From Bdellovibrionota bacterium FG-1 (GTDB lineage: Bacteria; Bdellovibrionota; UBA1018): a stretch of DNA of 28,425 nt. The stretch lies in the NCBI GenBank assembly GCA_051382295.1, contig JBBCAW010000086.1:1-28425 (forward strand), written 5' to 3'. The stretch's first letter is position 1. The number at the start of each line of letters is the position of its first letter. The notes under the pieces were generated by a model, which did not search any database, was not told the DNA's origin, and saw nothing but the letters and a program-made list of their open reading frames with translations. A program made the position numbers and the translations under genes. Below are positions 1 to 10,071 of the stretch, piece after piece.

Positions 1-646
1 AGGGGTTGGTCCCGCCTGCGACTTCACGCCAGAAAAGATAGCCACTAAAGTTGGTGGCCATGTCGGCGTAAGAGCGGATGCCGTTGCCCTTCATTCCGTT
101 GACGTCATTTTCGTCATCAAAGCCCATGGATTCAATGGTCTGGCCAGGGTCACTGTGGTGAACGTAGATCGCTTCGTAATAGTCGTAACCTTGGTCAAAA
201 AAATGGCCGAGCTTATCCGTGCCGATGGAGTGGCCGCCGAGCACCAGCGAGGGGGCGATTCCCATGAGAAAAAGACCGCCCGACCCCGTATTCAGGCCCG
301 CATTGGCATAAATACTTTCGCCATAGGGCACCGTGACCTTCTTTAAAGAAGGGTTCTTTATGGCCCACGCTTCAAGCTTTCCCACTTCGCCGCCAGCAAG
401 CGTGTCTTTAATCGCAAAATGCAGCTTTTTCAGGTCACAGTCCTTGAGTCCGATAAGCGAGGTGTTGAGCAGCTGATTGGTTTTTTCATTGATGGAGTCA
501 AGGGCTTTGGTGTCAGCCAAATCTCCTGCGGCGGTCGGGCGATAGGTGATGTTGTCGGTTTCTGCAGCCACTGTGTTGTCCAGGGCTATCAAGAAAAAAA
601 TGGCCACAAGTGCGGCGTAGGGTGTGTATTGCGCTCTTAAGTTCAA
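1..646 (-). CDS. Secreted hypothetical protein, 3' end runs off the window (not in the ORF track)
   Basis: My translation from TTG at 646 (TTGA overlap with the upstream stop) is open to base 1: MNLRAQYTPYAALVAIFFLIALDNTVAAETDNITYR...IGTDKLGHFFDQGYDYY...SYADMATNFSGYLFW. It has a signal-peptide-like N-terminus, and I recall GTDKLGHFF/SYAD motifs from uncharacterised Bdellovibrionota proteins. Confidence 0.75.
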   Translation of the reverse strand, partial: MNLRAQYTPYAALVAIFFLIALDNTVAAETDNITYRPTAAGDLADTKALDSINEKTNQLLNTSLIGLKDCDLKKLHFAIKDTLAGGEVGKLEAWAIKNPSLKKVTVPYGESIYANAGLNTGSGGLFLMGIAPSLVLGGHSIGTDKLGHFFDQGYDYYEAIYVHHSDPGQTIESMGFDDENDVNGMKGNGIRSYADMATNFSGYLFWREVAGGTNP

Positions 647-1605
647 TCTGAAGTTCCTCCGATCTTCGGGTGGCAGATCCAGGTCACTTCGTTTTTGTTA
701 TGGCAAAGATGCAGCACCCGGCTATGAGGGAGTTTTCTAAACTGATCGATCATCCGATAATCTGGATTGCCGGCGAATTTGACGGAGCAGACAAATTTTT
801 GACAGTAGCCTGATTCAGTCCACGTCCGCATATACTCGTAAAGCTTCTCCGGATAGCAGATCACGTCGCTGAATACCCAGTCCATCTTGCGCGGGACAAA
901 CGAAAAGGCATCCCCCGCGGTGAATTCAATATTTTTGTATTTCCGAAGTTGGTCACTCAGTTCCGAGCGGTCAATACTCAGGACGTTCGCGCCCAGTTCT
1001 GCCAATGCCCAACTCCAAGAGCCAGGCGATGATCCGAGGTCCACGACCGTGTCGTTTGCCCTTGGCCAGTCACCGAGAACCGTCAGCGCTTCCCAAAGTT
1101 TCAGATAAGCGCGACTCGGCGGAATGCCTTTGTTTTCGATAAACGACACGTTTCCGTCGTAAGTGGGGCGACGAATCTCCTGGCTGTAAAGGATCAAATC
1201 AGGTTCGGCCAGCGTGAAGACGGGTGGGGGGCTTTTTTCTCCGCGAGAGGGAAAACGAAACGGCCGACTGGCTTTGGCGAGATTTAGGCCATCCGCGATC
1301 AGGGCGCCGCGCCGGTTGAAGAGATCTCCGTGGTAGCGCCAGGATTTCGAGATTTCCTTTAATTTTCGTTGTGCATCGCCGATGGATTCAATTTTTATCG
1401 ACTGAACCTTGCGCCAGACACTTTGCGCCCAGGCTGGCTCCACATCATCCTCTTGAACCCCGATAGTCAGGTCCGTCGCGTATAGCCGCGTAACACCCAG
1501 ATAAGCCAATTCTTGGAGCAGTTCGTCTTTGTGGTCTTTGGCGATGATGCAGAGCTGCCTAGGGTTCATTTCTGCCATCTTATTACGTTCCGGCTTTCGT
1601 TGCAT
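643..1605 (-). CDS. rlmM: RlmM/FtsJ-like SAM-dependent rRNA 2'-O-methyltransferase
   Basis: PPSRAYLKLWEAL, VVDLGSSPGSWSW (SAM binding), DWVFSDV, VK and HNKNEVT match the FtsJ/RlmM K-D-K-E layout. The start could be 1578. Confidence 0.75.
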   Translation of the reverse strand: MQRKPERNKMAEMNPRQLCIIAKDHKDELLQELAYLGVTRLYATDLTIGVQEDDVEPAWAQSVWRKVQSIKIESIGDAQRKLKEISKSWRYHGDLFNRRGALIADGLNLAKASRPFRFPSRGEKSPPPVFTLAEPDLILYSQEIRRPTYDGNVSFIENKGIPPSRAYLKLWEALTVLGDWPRANDTVVDLGSSPGSWSWALAELGANVLSIDRSELSDQLRKYKNIEFTAGDAFSFVPRKMDWVFSDVICYPEKLYEYMRTWTESGYCQKFVCSVKFAGNPDYRMIDQFRKLPHSRVLHLCHNKNEVTWICHPKIGGTSD

Positions 1606-1630
1606 CTACTGTTCAGTGTAATCTCAAGAG

Positions 1631-1972
1631 ATGCAGGACGATGACAGGGTCTGGAGCCTTTATGTGCTCGAGTGCGATGATGGCAGCTGCTATACCGGTA
1701 TCTCGCCGGATCCCGTCAAGCGTTTCGCCGTTCATTGCGCTGGCAAGGGGGCCGCCTACACGCGCATGCACCCGCCTAAAACCTTGTTAGTGACCGAACC
1801 CGTTGGGACCTACAGTCAGGCACTGCGCCGAGAGTGGCAGGTGAAGCGCCTTTCAAAAGTAGCGAAGCAGAAATTTGTGTTGGATCCAGCGGCATTGGCC
1901 CCGCCGGCTGTGGACGGTAAGATTTGTCTCACTGGGAAAAAAAAACGTCTAAAAACGCGCAAACGAAGGTGA
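1631..1972 (+). CDS. GIY-YIG nuclease family protein (UPF0213/YhbQ-like)
   Basis: WSLYVLECDDGSCYTGIS.DP.KRF..H..GKGAAYTR...ALRREWQVKRLSK. Confidence 0.9.
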   Translation: MQDDDRVWSLYVLECDDGSCYTGISPDPVKRFAVHCAGKGAAYTRMHPPKTLLVTEPVGTYSQALRREWQVKRLSKVAKQKFVLDPAALAPPAVDGKICLTGKKKRLKTRKRR

Positions 1973-2002
1973 TTTCTTGAGCAAAATTGATTCAGAAGTT
2001 CT

Positions 2003-3130
<1,128 letters not shown>

Positions 3131-3403
3131 TTAGGCTGGATCCTTATCCGCATAGCCATGGATGTCCACGTAAGTGGTTCCTTGAGCCAGGGAAGAGGAG
3201 GGGGTCGCTGGCTGACCTTTGATGCGGATTCTTTTTTTCTTGAAGAGTTCTTTGAGTGCGCCGCGGGACAGGATGCTCAGCGCGAGGTGGAGCTTCTGTT
3301 TGCGGAGTTCCTCGAGGAGTACCGTATCGAGCCGGGGTTTCGAGCTGCTGAGAACCAGGGTGACACGGAAGGCGTTTTGGGGTTTTTCTGGGATATTGTT
3401 CAT
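3131..3403 (-). CDS. Small S4-like RNA-binding protein (putative)
   Basis: RLDTVLLEELR...LSRGALKELFKKKRIRIKGQPA resembles the S4 motif (RLD...SR..A..LI..G.V.VNG). Co-oriented 9 bp upstream of tgt. Confidence 0.55.
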   Translation of the reverse strand: MNNIPEKPQNAFRVTLVLSSSKPRLDTVLLEELRKQKLHLALSILSRGALKELFKKKRIRIKGQPATPSSSLAQGTTYVDIHGYADKDPA

Positions 3404-3516
3404 AAAAGTACACTCAGGGCGTTATTGGTCACTGTGGGGCTTCTTAGCATAGTTTTGGTAAACCGCCACTCAATTGGCACTCGCCATCGCCCTCCCAATG
3501 CTTGTACACTTAACGG

Positions 3517-4038
3517 ATGCTCTCTCAATCTCAGCTCGCTGACATTCGTGCTCGAATCGAAACCGTCACTCAAAGCAGTGGCGACAATCCAATCATGAGC
3601 GACGCCAGCACGCTCCTTGCCGAGGTCATCCGTCTCTCCGTGTTCAGTGAAGACTTCACAAAGCAGATCCTCGCGCGAGTCCAGACCCTTGCGACGGATA
3701 TGGAAGCCCTCGAGAAAGAAAACGCTCGCCTGAGAAAAATTTCAGAGAGTACCTATTTCGAACGCGACGCCTGTATCGGTCTCATCGCACGCCTGGCGAA
3801 ACTTCAGGGCATGCCCGTGGGCACCGCCCTATTTGAACAGCAGCGTCGGGTGGTCGTCGATCTTCCGAGTGGTCAGGTCTCGTGGGAATATCTCGAGGCC
3901 GAGGCCCATCTCTTTGCCGATCTGCCCAGTTACGAGCGTACCCTTGAGAATCAGACCGTGAGCGAAGTGTATTCCAAGGTCATGAATCCAAATCTAGAAG
4001 AAGAATCACCCCACGGCGAAGCAAGCGGAAACGCCTAA
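3517..4038 (+). CDS. Hypothetical protein: N-terminal coiled coil plus a phage-type 'LP(S/T)GQVSW' domain
   Basis: 173-aa ORF with YFERDACIGLIARLA...VVVDLPSGQVSWEY, and a TACACT -10 box 6 nt before the ATG. Confidence 0.7.
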   Translation: MLSQSQLADIRARIETVTQSSGDNPIMSDASTLLAEVIRLSVFSEDFTKQILARVQTLATDMEALEKENARLRKISESTYFERDACIGLIARLAKLQGMPVGTALFEQQRRVVVDLPSGQVSWEYLEAEAHLFADLPSYERTLENQTVSEVYSKVMNPNLEEESPHGEASGNA

Positions 4039-4796
4039 AAAATATATCCGATCGTGAGATAAACCGACGGTAAAAACCTCAGGCTATTGGCGTAACTGGT
4101 CATCGCCTGATTGACCGCGCCGACGAGGTTGCTCTTGACCTCGTTATAGCTAGCGGTCGCGGCTGAATTGAGGACCACAAAACTGGCAAGACTTCCTCCC
4201 ATGGCGACTGAAGAGGAAGGTGGAAGTAAAAACGTCAGTCCCAGTCCCGCGTCCAAGTGAAAGTGCTCGCCCAGAAAAAACTGGTATCCCGGGCCGAGAT
4301 TAATCATGAGCTGGTTGATCATCACCGTGGCCGCGAGTGCGCCATTCACCGAAGTGTTGAGCGTTTCGTCTTTGATCATTCCTCCGATGGTGGCCGAGAG
4401 GCTCAGCGAATGCAGACTCAAATTCAGGAACCAACCCCGGCACCAAGGAAACCAACGCGCGAATGCATACACGCCCGAAAGTGTGTAGGTGCCCGAGGGG
4501 TAGATGTTATAGGTGTCGCCGGTCTGTAAATCGATGGGGAGCGGGGCAAAAGAGTAAAGCGACTGCGCCAAAGCATTGGCCGGAAATCCCCCTAGACCCA
4601 CTCCAAATTCGAGGTGCGAAACGGAAACAATGCGGAGTTCGCCGGAGATCAGTTGCGGAAAGCCGGTACTGGCTCCAATACCCACCCAATGCCCCTCTTT
4701 GGGATTAGACGAATCCCCTTGTGCGGTGGCAATTGAGGTGGCCAGGGCGATCAAAACCGTCAAAGTGAGGAGGGTTTTTGCGATGTTCATCATCAC
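4035..4796 (-). CDS. Putative outer-membrane beta-barrel protein
   Basis: Signal peptide, alternating Gly/aromatic beta-strands, and a C-terminal YLTIGYIF beta-signal ending in Phe. Confidence 0.7.
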   Translation of the reverse strand: MMMNIAKTLLTLTVLIALATSIATAQGDSSNPKEGHWVGIGASTGFPQLISGELRIVSVSHLEFGVGLGGFPANALAQSLYSFAPLPIDLQTGDTYNIYPSGTYTLSGVYAFARWFPWCRGWFLNLSLHSLSLSATIGGMIKDETLNTSVNGALAATVMINQLMINLGPGYQFFLGEHFHLDAGLGLTFLLPPSSSVAMGGSLASFVVLNSAATASYNEVKSNLVGAVNQAMTSYANSLRFLPSVYLTIGYIF

Positions 4797-4798
4797 CC

Positions 4799-5617
4799 CT
4801 ACATCGCGAGCGCCAGTCCCAGCGTGATCGTCTCGGGACTGTTATAGAGCAACGTGAGCTTGACCTGGCTTCCGGAGGGGGCCCAAAGCAAGCCCATGCT
4901 CTCACTGAACTGCGACAACGCTGAAAGGTGGGACGAAATACCCAAAGACGCACCAACGGGTCCAATAAAGAACATGCCCGCAAGATAGGGGATAGTGTTG
5001 GTACTCGAACCTGAATCAAAGAGCTGCGTGAGAAAAGGCAGACGTAAACCCCCCTCGAAGGCATAACTGCTGGCTTCTCGGTGCCCGATTCCCAATGCCA
5101 TCGTATTGACCGAACCCGTCACATGATAGAGAATGCCGGCAAATTGAAGCGCGCTGCCGTTTCCGATTTGGATCGAAACATCATAAGCTGGAGAAAAAGA
5201 AGTCGTGAGAAAGGGGCTGCTCATCGATAGCCCCACTCCTACGTCAGAAAACCGGGCGCCCGCGCCCGCGAGCAAGGCATGGCTCAGCCCCGCACCTCCG
5301 CCCGCCTGGGCACCTTCGTAGCCCACACCCAAAGCCCAAGTACCCTGGCTGTAGGAAAAAGTCGCATCATAACCTGTTTGGCTAGCGCCCAGCATCGCCG
5401 GCGAATACTCCAGTTGCAGGGCTTTTCCTTGTTGGTAGGGCAAGCCAGCGGCATCCGTTTGCAAGGCATGCGTAAACTCCGGAAACACGATCCCAGCCGG
5501 AAGAAAAAGCGCGGAGTCGGCGGCCCGGCTCTCGGGTGTCAGCACCGCGGCCACCCCAAAAATGACCGACATCGCACAAAGCCTGAAAATACCGATCTTT
5601 AAATCTATCCCCTGCAT
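4799..5617 (-). CDS. Putative exported/outer-membrane beta-rich protein
   Basis: Signal peptide (…ESRA), amphipathic Gly/Ser/aromatic strands, 2 bp from the next gene (operon). Confidence 0.65.
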   Translation of the reverse strand: MQGIDLKIGIFRLCAMSVIFGVAAVLTPESRAADSALFLPAGIVFPEFTHALQTDAAGLPYQQGKALQLEYSPAMLGASQTGYDATFSYSQGTWALGVGYEGAQAGGGAGLSHALLAGAGARFSDVGVGLSMSSPFLTTSFSPAYDVSIQIGNGSALQFAGILYHVTGSVNTMALGIGHREASSYAFEGGLRLPFLTQLFDSGSSTNTIPYLAGMFFIGPVGASLGISSHLSALSQFSESMGLLWAPSGSQVKLTLLYNSPETITLGLALAM

Positions 5618-5667
5618 CCCTTGATTGTACTCTAGAATTCGGTACCGTGCGAAGTGTGGTTTATTTG

Positions 5668-5696
5668 TTGACCTAAACTATTCTGTCAGGTATTGT
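5668..5696 (+). promoter_or_regulatory. Sigma70-type promoter, probably leaderless
   Basis: TTGACC(5668-5673)-17 nt-TATTGT(5691-5696)-6 nt-ATG(5703). Confidence 0.65.
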
Positions 5697-5702
5697 CCCC
5701 GC

Positions 5703-7394
5703 ATGAAAATGACGAGTCGGGATAAGGTGTGTATTGTTCTTTGGATATCGCAGCTTATGGTGGGGATGAGCGCTCGGGCGGATACCGGGGTTGAGCCCAA
5801 CTGGAAACATAAACAAATAGTTCGTGTTCAGTTGAGTGACCAGGGGGCGCAGCGCAAGAGCGGGTCGGCGTACACCTCTTTTTATGACGGCAGGCGCGAG
5901 GTCATCTCTGGCGAAGAACTCTTTGACCTCGTCGACCCTGAAGGCGACGTGGAACAGGGGATCGCCGTCTTGGCGTTAGCCCGGATCTTGGATCATGAGG
6001 CGGTTAAACACAGAATGGCCACTCAGGTTTCCGAGGATCGAGTGAGCTATGTGGTTCATTCGATTTTGGTTCAAAACGCCGCCAATTTGCAAAAAATGAA
6101 AGTGCGGGCCGAGGTTGTGATGATACCGGACACCTGCAAACCTGGACCTCGTTTGGATCAGGATTATGAAAAGTGCCGCGGCCATTCAAGAAATGTCATC
6201 GCTTATCACCCCTTGGAGGATATTTCGGCAGTGGGGAGCGACGAGTATCTTTATGGGCTTTTGAGAAGTGAGACCATTGGAACCGAACCCAATTCGTTTA
6301 GGTCGCGCAGCGCGACGTTCAACATCGATTGGAAGTTCCGCGAAGGTGGATTAGCCTTTGAACTTCAACGGTTACAGACCTCCAAAGACGAGTTGCGTTG
6401 GCCTAAGGTTTCGCTGGTGATCGGAAATGAACCCGATCCTGAGGTTGTGCTCTTAGCCGGGGCAGCGGTGCGTCCCAGTTTCCCCCTGTCTTTGCAGGAA
6501 TTCAAAAATCAAATTCGAAGAAAACTGCAGACCGTTCAAACGGGCCTCGTGCGGGCCGCTGTTCTTCAAAAACTTTTGCAAGAGCGGGTCCCGCCCTCAT
6601 CGGAACAGGCTTTTGGGGTGGTCACTCGTGAGGAGATGGACCAAATGTACCGCAGGCTGCTCCAGGGCCCGGCTTCGCCGTTGGGACGGTTGCAGGCCAA
6701 CATCTTGGAGATCAACGCCGTGGGCGTTCGAGCCATCGATTTCAGAACTGAATTTTTGCGACGTTTGACAGAAACCGAGAAAGACTATTTGCGGGCTTGG
6801 AAAGAGGATCCCCAACATCTTTTTACGGATGCGGACGAGGAACGTCTTAATCAATATGCGGCACGCATTCGACAAACCGTGCCGAGCGATATTTATCGAA
6901 AACTGCTGGTGGAATTCTCGTCCGATATTAAAAGTGGAAAATTGGGGGTTTCCATGGAGAAACGCGCATTGAGCCGCCGCCAAACCGATTCGAGCAGTCC
7001 GCTTGCGGCCGATCTGTTAGATGCCAAGGAAATGAATTATTTTTTCTTTGTGCCCACTGCCCAAAATCCTTTTCCACCGGTAGAAAGTTTATTGTTTCAC
7101 TTTGATGGGGTTGATTTTGACGGCAGCGTGAGAATTGCGGTGCTTGAATCACGAGAGCAGAGCCTTGAGGCGCGTGATTCGCCCGAAACTCAACAGATCC
7201 TCCGAAAGGGGGTATTGGCCGAAAAGCGTCAGCAAAGCGTGAACAAGATTTTGTTGAATTTATTGAGTCAAAATCACGTCGAAATCATGACCAATACTTG
7301 CGCCGAGCCGGGTTGGCCCTGCCTTGATGTTCAACCGCGGGTATTGGTGCCCCATTTGATGGGTGCACTGAGTCGAGTGTTCGACGTCAAATAA
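5703..7394 (+). CDS. Secreted hypothetical protein
   Basis: Long ORF. Start placed at ATG 5703 because of the promoter and the signal peptide MKMTSRDKVCIVLWISQLMVGMSARA. No family recognised. Confidence 0.7.
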   Translation: MKMTSRDKVCIVLWISQLMVGMSARADTGVEPNWKHKQIVRVQLSDQGAQRKSGSAYTSFYDGRREVISGEELFDLVDPEGDVEQGIAVLALARILDHEAVKHRMATQVSEDRVSYVVHSILVQNAANLQKMKVRAEVVMIPDTCKPGPRLDQDYEKCRGHSRNVIAYHPLEDISAVGSDEYLYGLLRSETIGTEPNSFRSRSATFNIDWKFREGGLAFELQRLQTSKDELRWPKVSLVIGNEPDPEVVLLAGAAVRPSFPLSLQEFKNQIRRKLQTVQTGLVRAAVLQKLLQERVPPSSEQAFGVVTREEMDQMYRRLLQGPASPLGRLQANILEINAVGVRAIDFRTEFLRRLTETEKDYLRAWKEDPQHLFTDADEERLNQYAARIRQTVPSDIYRKLLVEFSSDIKSGKLGVSMEKRALSRRQTDSSSPLAADLLDAKEMNYFFFVPTAQNPFPPVESLLFHFDGVDFDGSVRIAVLESREQSLEARDSPETQQILRKGVLAEKRQQSVNKILLNLLSQNHVEIMTNTCAEPGWPCLDVQPRVLVPHLMGALSRVFDVK

Positions 7395-7486
7395 TACACA
7401 CTTGTTCGATAAATCCCCTGGATGGTAGGCTTTTTATAGTAATACAAGCGAGAAGCTGAGTTTGACTTGAAATGGGGGTCCTTGCG

Positions 7487-9199
7487 ATGGAACGTAGGAC
7501 AATTCGTGGAGTCCATGTGATACGTGTACGTGGAGATTCAGTCGAGCGTGCGCGACAGCATGGCGCTTTGCTCAGGGAGGAAATTCAGCGCGGGGCCCTG
7601 CCGTATTTGGCAAAAAAAAACGAGGGGATCATTCGGCGGGGGCCGGGACTCGCTCGTATTCAAATGATTCAGGATATGGCGGCGTGGTTTTATCGCAACG
7701 TCATCATCAAGTATGTGGAGTTCAGGACGCCGGATGAGATCAAAAGAGTGATGCGTGCCATGTCTGAATCGACAGGCATTGCCTACCGGGACGTGGTGCA
7801 AGGGGTGTTTCAGGCCGATGGATTCATGCTCCTTTGTCGGCTGTCCGTGATGCGCCATACTTTGGGTGAAATTCATGCAGGTGGATTGCCGGGTTGCACA
7901 AGTGCCGTGGCGCTCAAGGGGTGGACCGCATCGGGGCGGCTTTTAGCCTGTCGCAATCAGGACTATCCGATGGTCGGTCCCTGGGAGCAAAATACCACGG
8001 TGATTTTTCATGAGCCGACGGAACCGGGGCATATCCCCCATGTGGCCGTTACGACAGCGGGGGTTCACACTGCCGGGTTGACGGCGATGAATCAAGAAGG
8101 GATCACCCTTTTTACGCATGCCCATTTTGGGCGTCACGTCACTCTGCATGGGATGCCGGTGGTGGATATCGGCAATGAGATTGTTCGTCGTGCAAAGACT
8201 TTGGGACAAGCGGTAGATATTGTTCGGCAGTGCCGGCCTTATGCGAACTGGGCCTTTGTCGTAGCGAGCGCCTACGAAAATGATGCGGCGGTGTTAGAGA
8301 TCACTCCTGATAAAGTGGCCATTACTTCCGCGAAAGACGGGTTTTTGGCGCATTCAAACTATTTTCATTCTCCTGAACTTCGGCAAGAGGAGGCCTTGAT
8401 CTCGGGAGGTTACGTCGAGGATCTGGGAGCGCGAGTTTGTCGAATTCGTGAAGTGATCGAAGCTCATCGGGGCACGCTCGAACCGGAGCACCTGAGTGCC
8501 GTTTTGGGAGATCAGATTGATTGGTGTACGGGCGAGGAGCGGGTGGTCGGCAATACGGTCGGGGTCGTGACGACGATTAAGTCCACCGTCTGGGATCCCG
8601 AGGCGCAAAAGTTGTGGGTATCGGCTCGCCAACAGAGTCCAACGGGACTCGGTGATTATATTGAAATCGATGGCAATCAGTTTTGGGCTATTCCCGAAGG
8701 GGAATTGGATGAGGCGCACTGGCCGACTTTGCCCGGCTATCAACCGAAGCATCCGGAGTTGATCGGGGCGATGGAGCATTATCGGAATGCCTATCAGGCT
8801 CATCATATGGAAGGCGTTTCGCCGGAGAATGAAAGGCGGACACTCGAGTCTTTACGTCTGGCCGCCGAGACTATGCCAAGCGATGGCAATCTGTGGATGC
8901 AAACGGCGATCGTGGCCTTTGGTCAACACAAGTTTGAAGAGGCGAAAAAGCATTTTGAACGAGCCCGCACGTTGAAACTTTCGCCGCATACCGCAGGAGT
9001 TTGTGAGCTTTACCTCGCGCGCTCCTTGGATTTGGCGGGAGATCGTGAAGGCGCCCTCAAACTTTATCGTCCTGGGGCCTCTCATCGGGATCCCGGTCTC
9101 CAAGAGGCGATGAAGCGTGGATTGAAACGCCCTTATCGCGCCGAAGAGACGGTGCAAATGATGATTGATTTGCAGTTCCCCGATACTTTTCATTATTAA
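7487..9199 (+). CDS. C45-family (AAT-like Ntn-hydrolase) autoproteolytic peptidase/acyltransferase with C-terminal TPR repeats
   Basis: G-C-T-S nucleophile site, GRLLACRNQDY, TAMNQEGI, HSNYF, and a helical TPR-like tail (FEEAKKHFERA). A GGGGG SD precedes ATG 7487; the ORF track starts at 7472. Confidence 0.85.
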   Translation: MERRTIRGVHVIRVRGDSVERARQHGALLREEIQRGALPYLAKKNEGIIRRGPGLARIQMIQDMAAWFYRNVIIKYVEFRTPDEIKRVMRAMSESTGIAYRDVVQGVFQADGFMLLCRLSVMRHTLGEIHAGGLPGCTSAVALKGWTASGRLLACRNQDYPMVGPWEQNTTVIFHEPTEPGHIPHVAVTTAGVHTAGLTAMNQEGITLFTHAHFGRHVTLHGMPVVDIGNEIVRRAKTLGQAVDIVRQCRPYANWAFVVASAYENDAAVLEITPDKVAITSAKDGFLAHSNYFHSPELRQEEALISGGYVEDLGARVCRIREVIEAHRGTLEPEHLSAVLGDQIDWCTGEERVVGNTVGVVTTIKSTVWDPEAQKLWVSARQQSPTGLGDYIEIDGNQFWAIPEGELDEAHWPTLPGYQPKHPELIGAMEHYRNAYQAHHMEGVSPENERRTLESLRLAAETMPSDGNLWMQTAIVAFGQHKFEEAKKHFERARTLKLSPHTAGVCELYLARSLDLAGDREGALKLYRPGASHRDPGLQEAMKRGLKRPYRAEETVQMMIDLQFPDTFHY

Positions 9200-9211
9200 A
9201 GGAAGCTGGTT

Positions 9212-9661
9212 ATGAATGTTTACGCCCGTTACAAGCGCGATCCTCAAGGGTTTCGTAATTTGGTCGAGCTTTTGGAAAGTACGCCCCTGATTCGACGCCA
9301 AAAAATGATCGATGTGGGCATGCAAGAGGACCCGGAGTTTACCGAAAAAGCCATGAGCTTTATGCTCAACTTCGAAGATGTCATGAATTTGCCAGACATG
9401 GAATTGGCGGAGGTCGTCTCTACTGCTCCTCCTCGGATCACGGGTATGGCCATTTCAAGGGCAGATGACGCGGTTAAAAAACGTTTCCTCAAAAATGCCC
9501 TTCCTAAGATCGGGGGGGATCTCAAAGAATACATGCAAGTGGAAGTCACTTTGAGAGAGGTCGGCGGAGCGCAGCTCAAGCTCATTCAAGTCACAAGGAA
9601 GTTAGAAAAACAGGGCTACGTCAAAACTAAAAAAATCCCGCTGCAAACGATAGACTTTTAG
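9212..9661 (+). CDS. Stand-alone FliG C-terminal-domain protein
   Basis: MLNFEDVMNLPDMELAEVV...KKRFLKNA...VTLREVGGAQLKLIQVTRKLEKQG parallels FliG-C (FTFEDL..LDD..IQ..L...V...DVE.AQ..IV...R.L...G). Confidence 0.75.
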   Translation: MNVYARYKRDPQGFRNLVELLESTPLIRRQKMIDVGMQEDPEFTEKAMSFMLNFEDVMNLPDMELAEVVSTAPPRITGMAISRADDAVKKRFLKNALPKIGGDLKEYMQVEVTLREVGGAQLKLIQVTRKLEKQGYVKTKKIPLQTIDF

Positions 9662-9870
9662 ACGCTGCGATTGGTGGCGGCCTCCCAGATTTCGCGCGAA
9701 AAGGCTCGGACTTCGCCCAAGACCTCAAACTGATTTGGCTTCCAGCCTCCTTCGCCCTCAAAGGTATCCCATTCCCAGCGTTCGGTGTCGCGCGCGAGAC
9801 GGGTCAGTGCGATATGGGCGCCCTCGGTGCGCGCGAGCTGGAGGTACTTTTCTTTGTCGAATTTGAACAT
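9658..9870 (-). CDS. Small hypothetical protein
   Basis: 70 aa, GGAG SD upstream, 4-bp convergent overlap with the FliG-C gene. Confidence 0.65.
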   Translation of the reverse strand: MFKFDKEKYLQLARTEGAHIALTRLARDTERWEWDTFEGEGGWKPNQFEVLGEVRAFSREIWEAATNRSV

Positions 9871-10026
9871 AAGCCATTCTCCTGGGATGAACGTACCAGA
9901 TCGAATTCTCTGGTGTCTACCGAATGGTCAGCTGGCCACACTTTTAAGGCATTGAAGGGGTAGGGGTTAAAACAAGGATTGATATAACCCATTGAAAATA
10001 AAGAATTTTAGTTAATATGCTCGAGT

Positions 10027-10042
10027 CGGCACACTCTCTGCT
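10027..10042 (+). promoter_or_regulatory. Sigma54 (-24/-12) promoter
   Basis: cGGCACactctcTGCt: GG(10028-29)-N10-GC(10040-41), preceded by an AT-rich tract, about 30 bp before the CDS. Confidence 0.6.
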
Positions 10043-10071
10043 TTACCTAAGCGCAAGAGAGTAGAGAGTGT

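Noticed and set aside
155..640. Plus-strand ORFs 155-346 and 419-640, and the many other short antisense ORFs in the track
   Set aside because: They are shadows of longer, motif-bearing genes on the opposite strand.
3475..3490. Sigma54 promoter TGGCAC…
   Set aside because: GG-to-GC spacing is 11 nt rather than 10, and a sigma70 -10 box explains the gene better.
7612..7620. A9 run as a phase-variation tract (also 1937-1945)
   Set aside because: Both are in frame and explained by Lys codons, with no sign of frame disruption.
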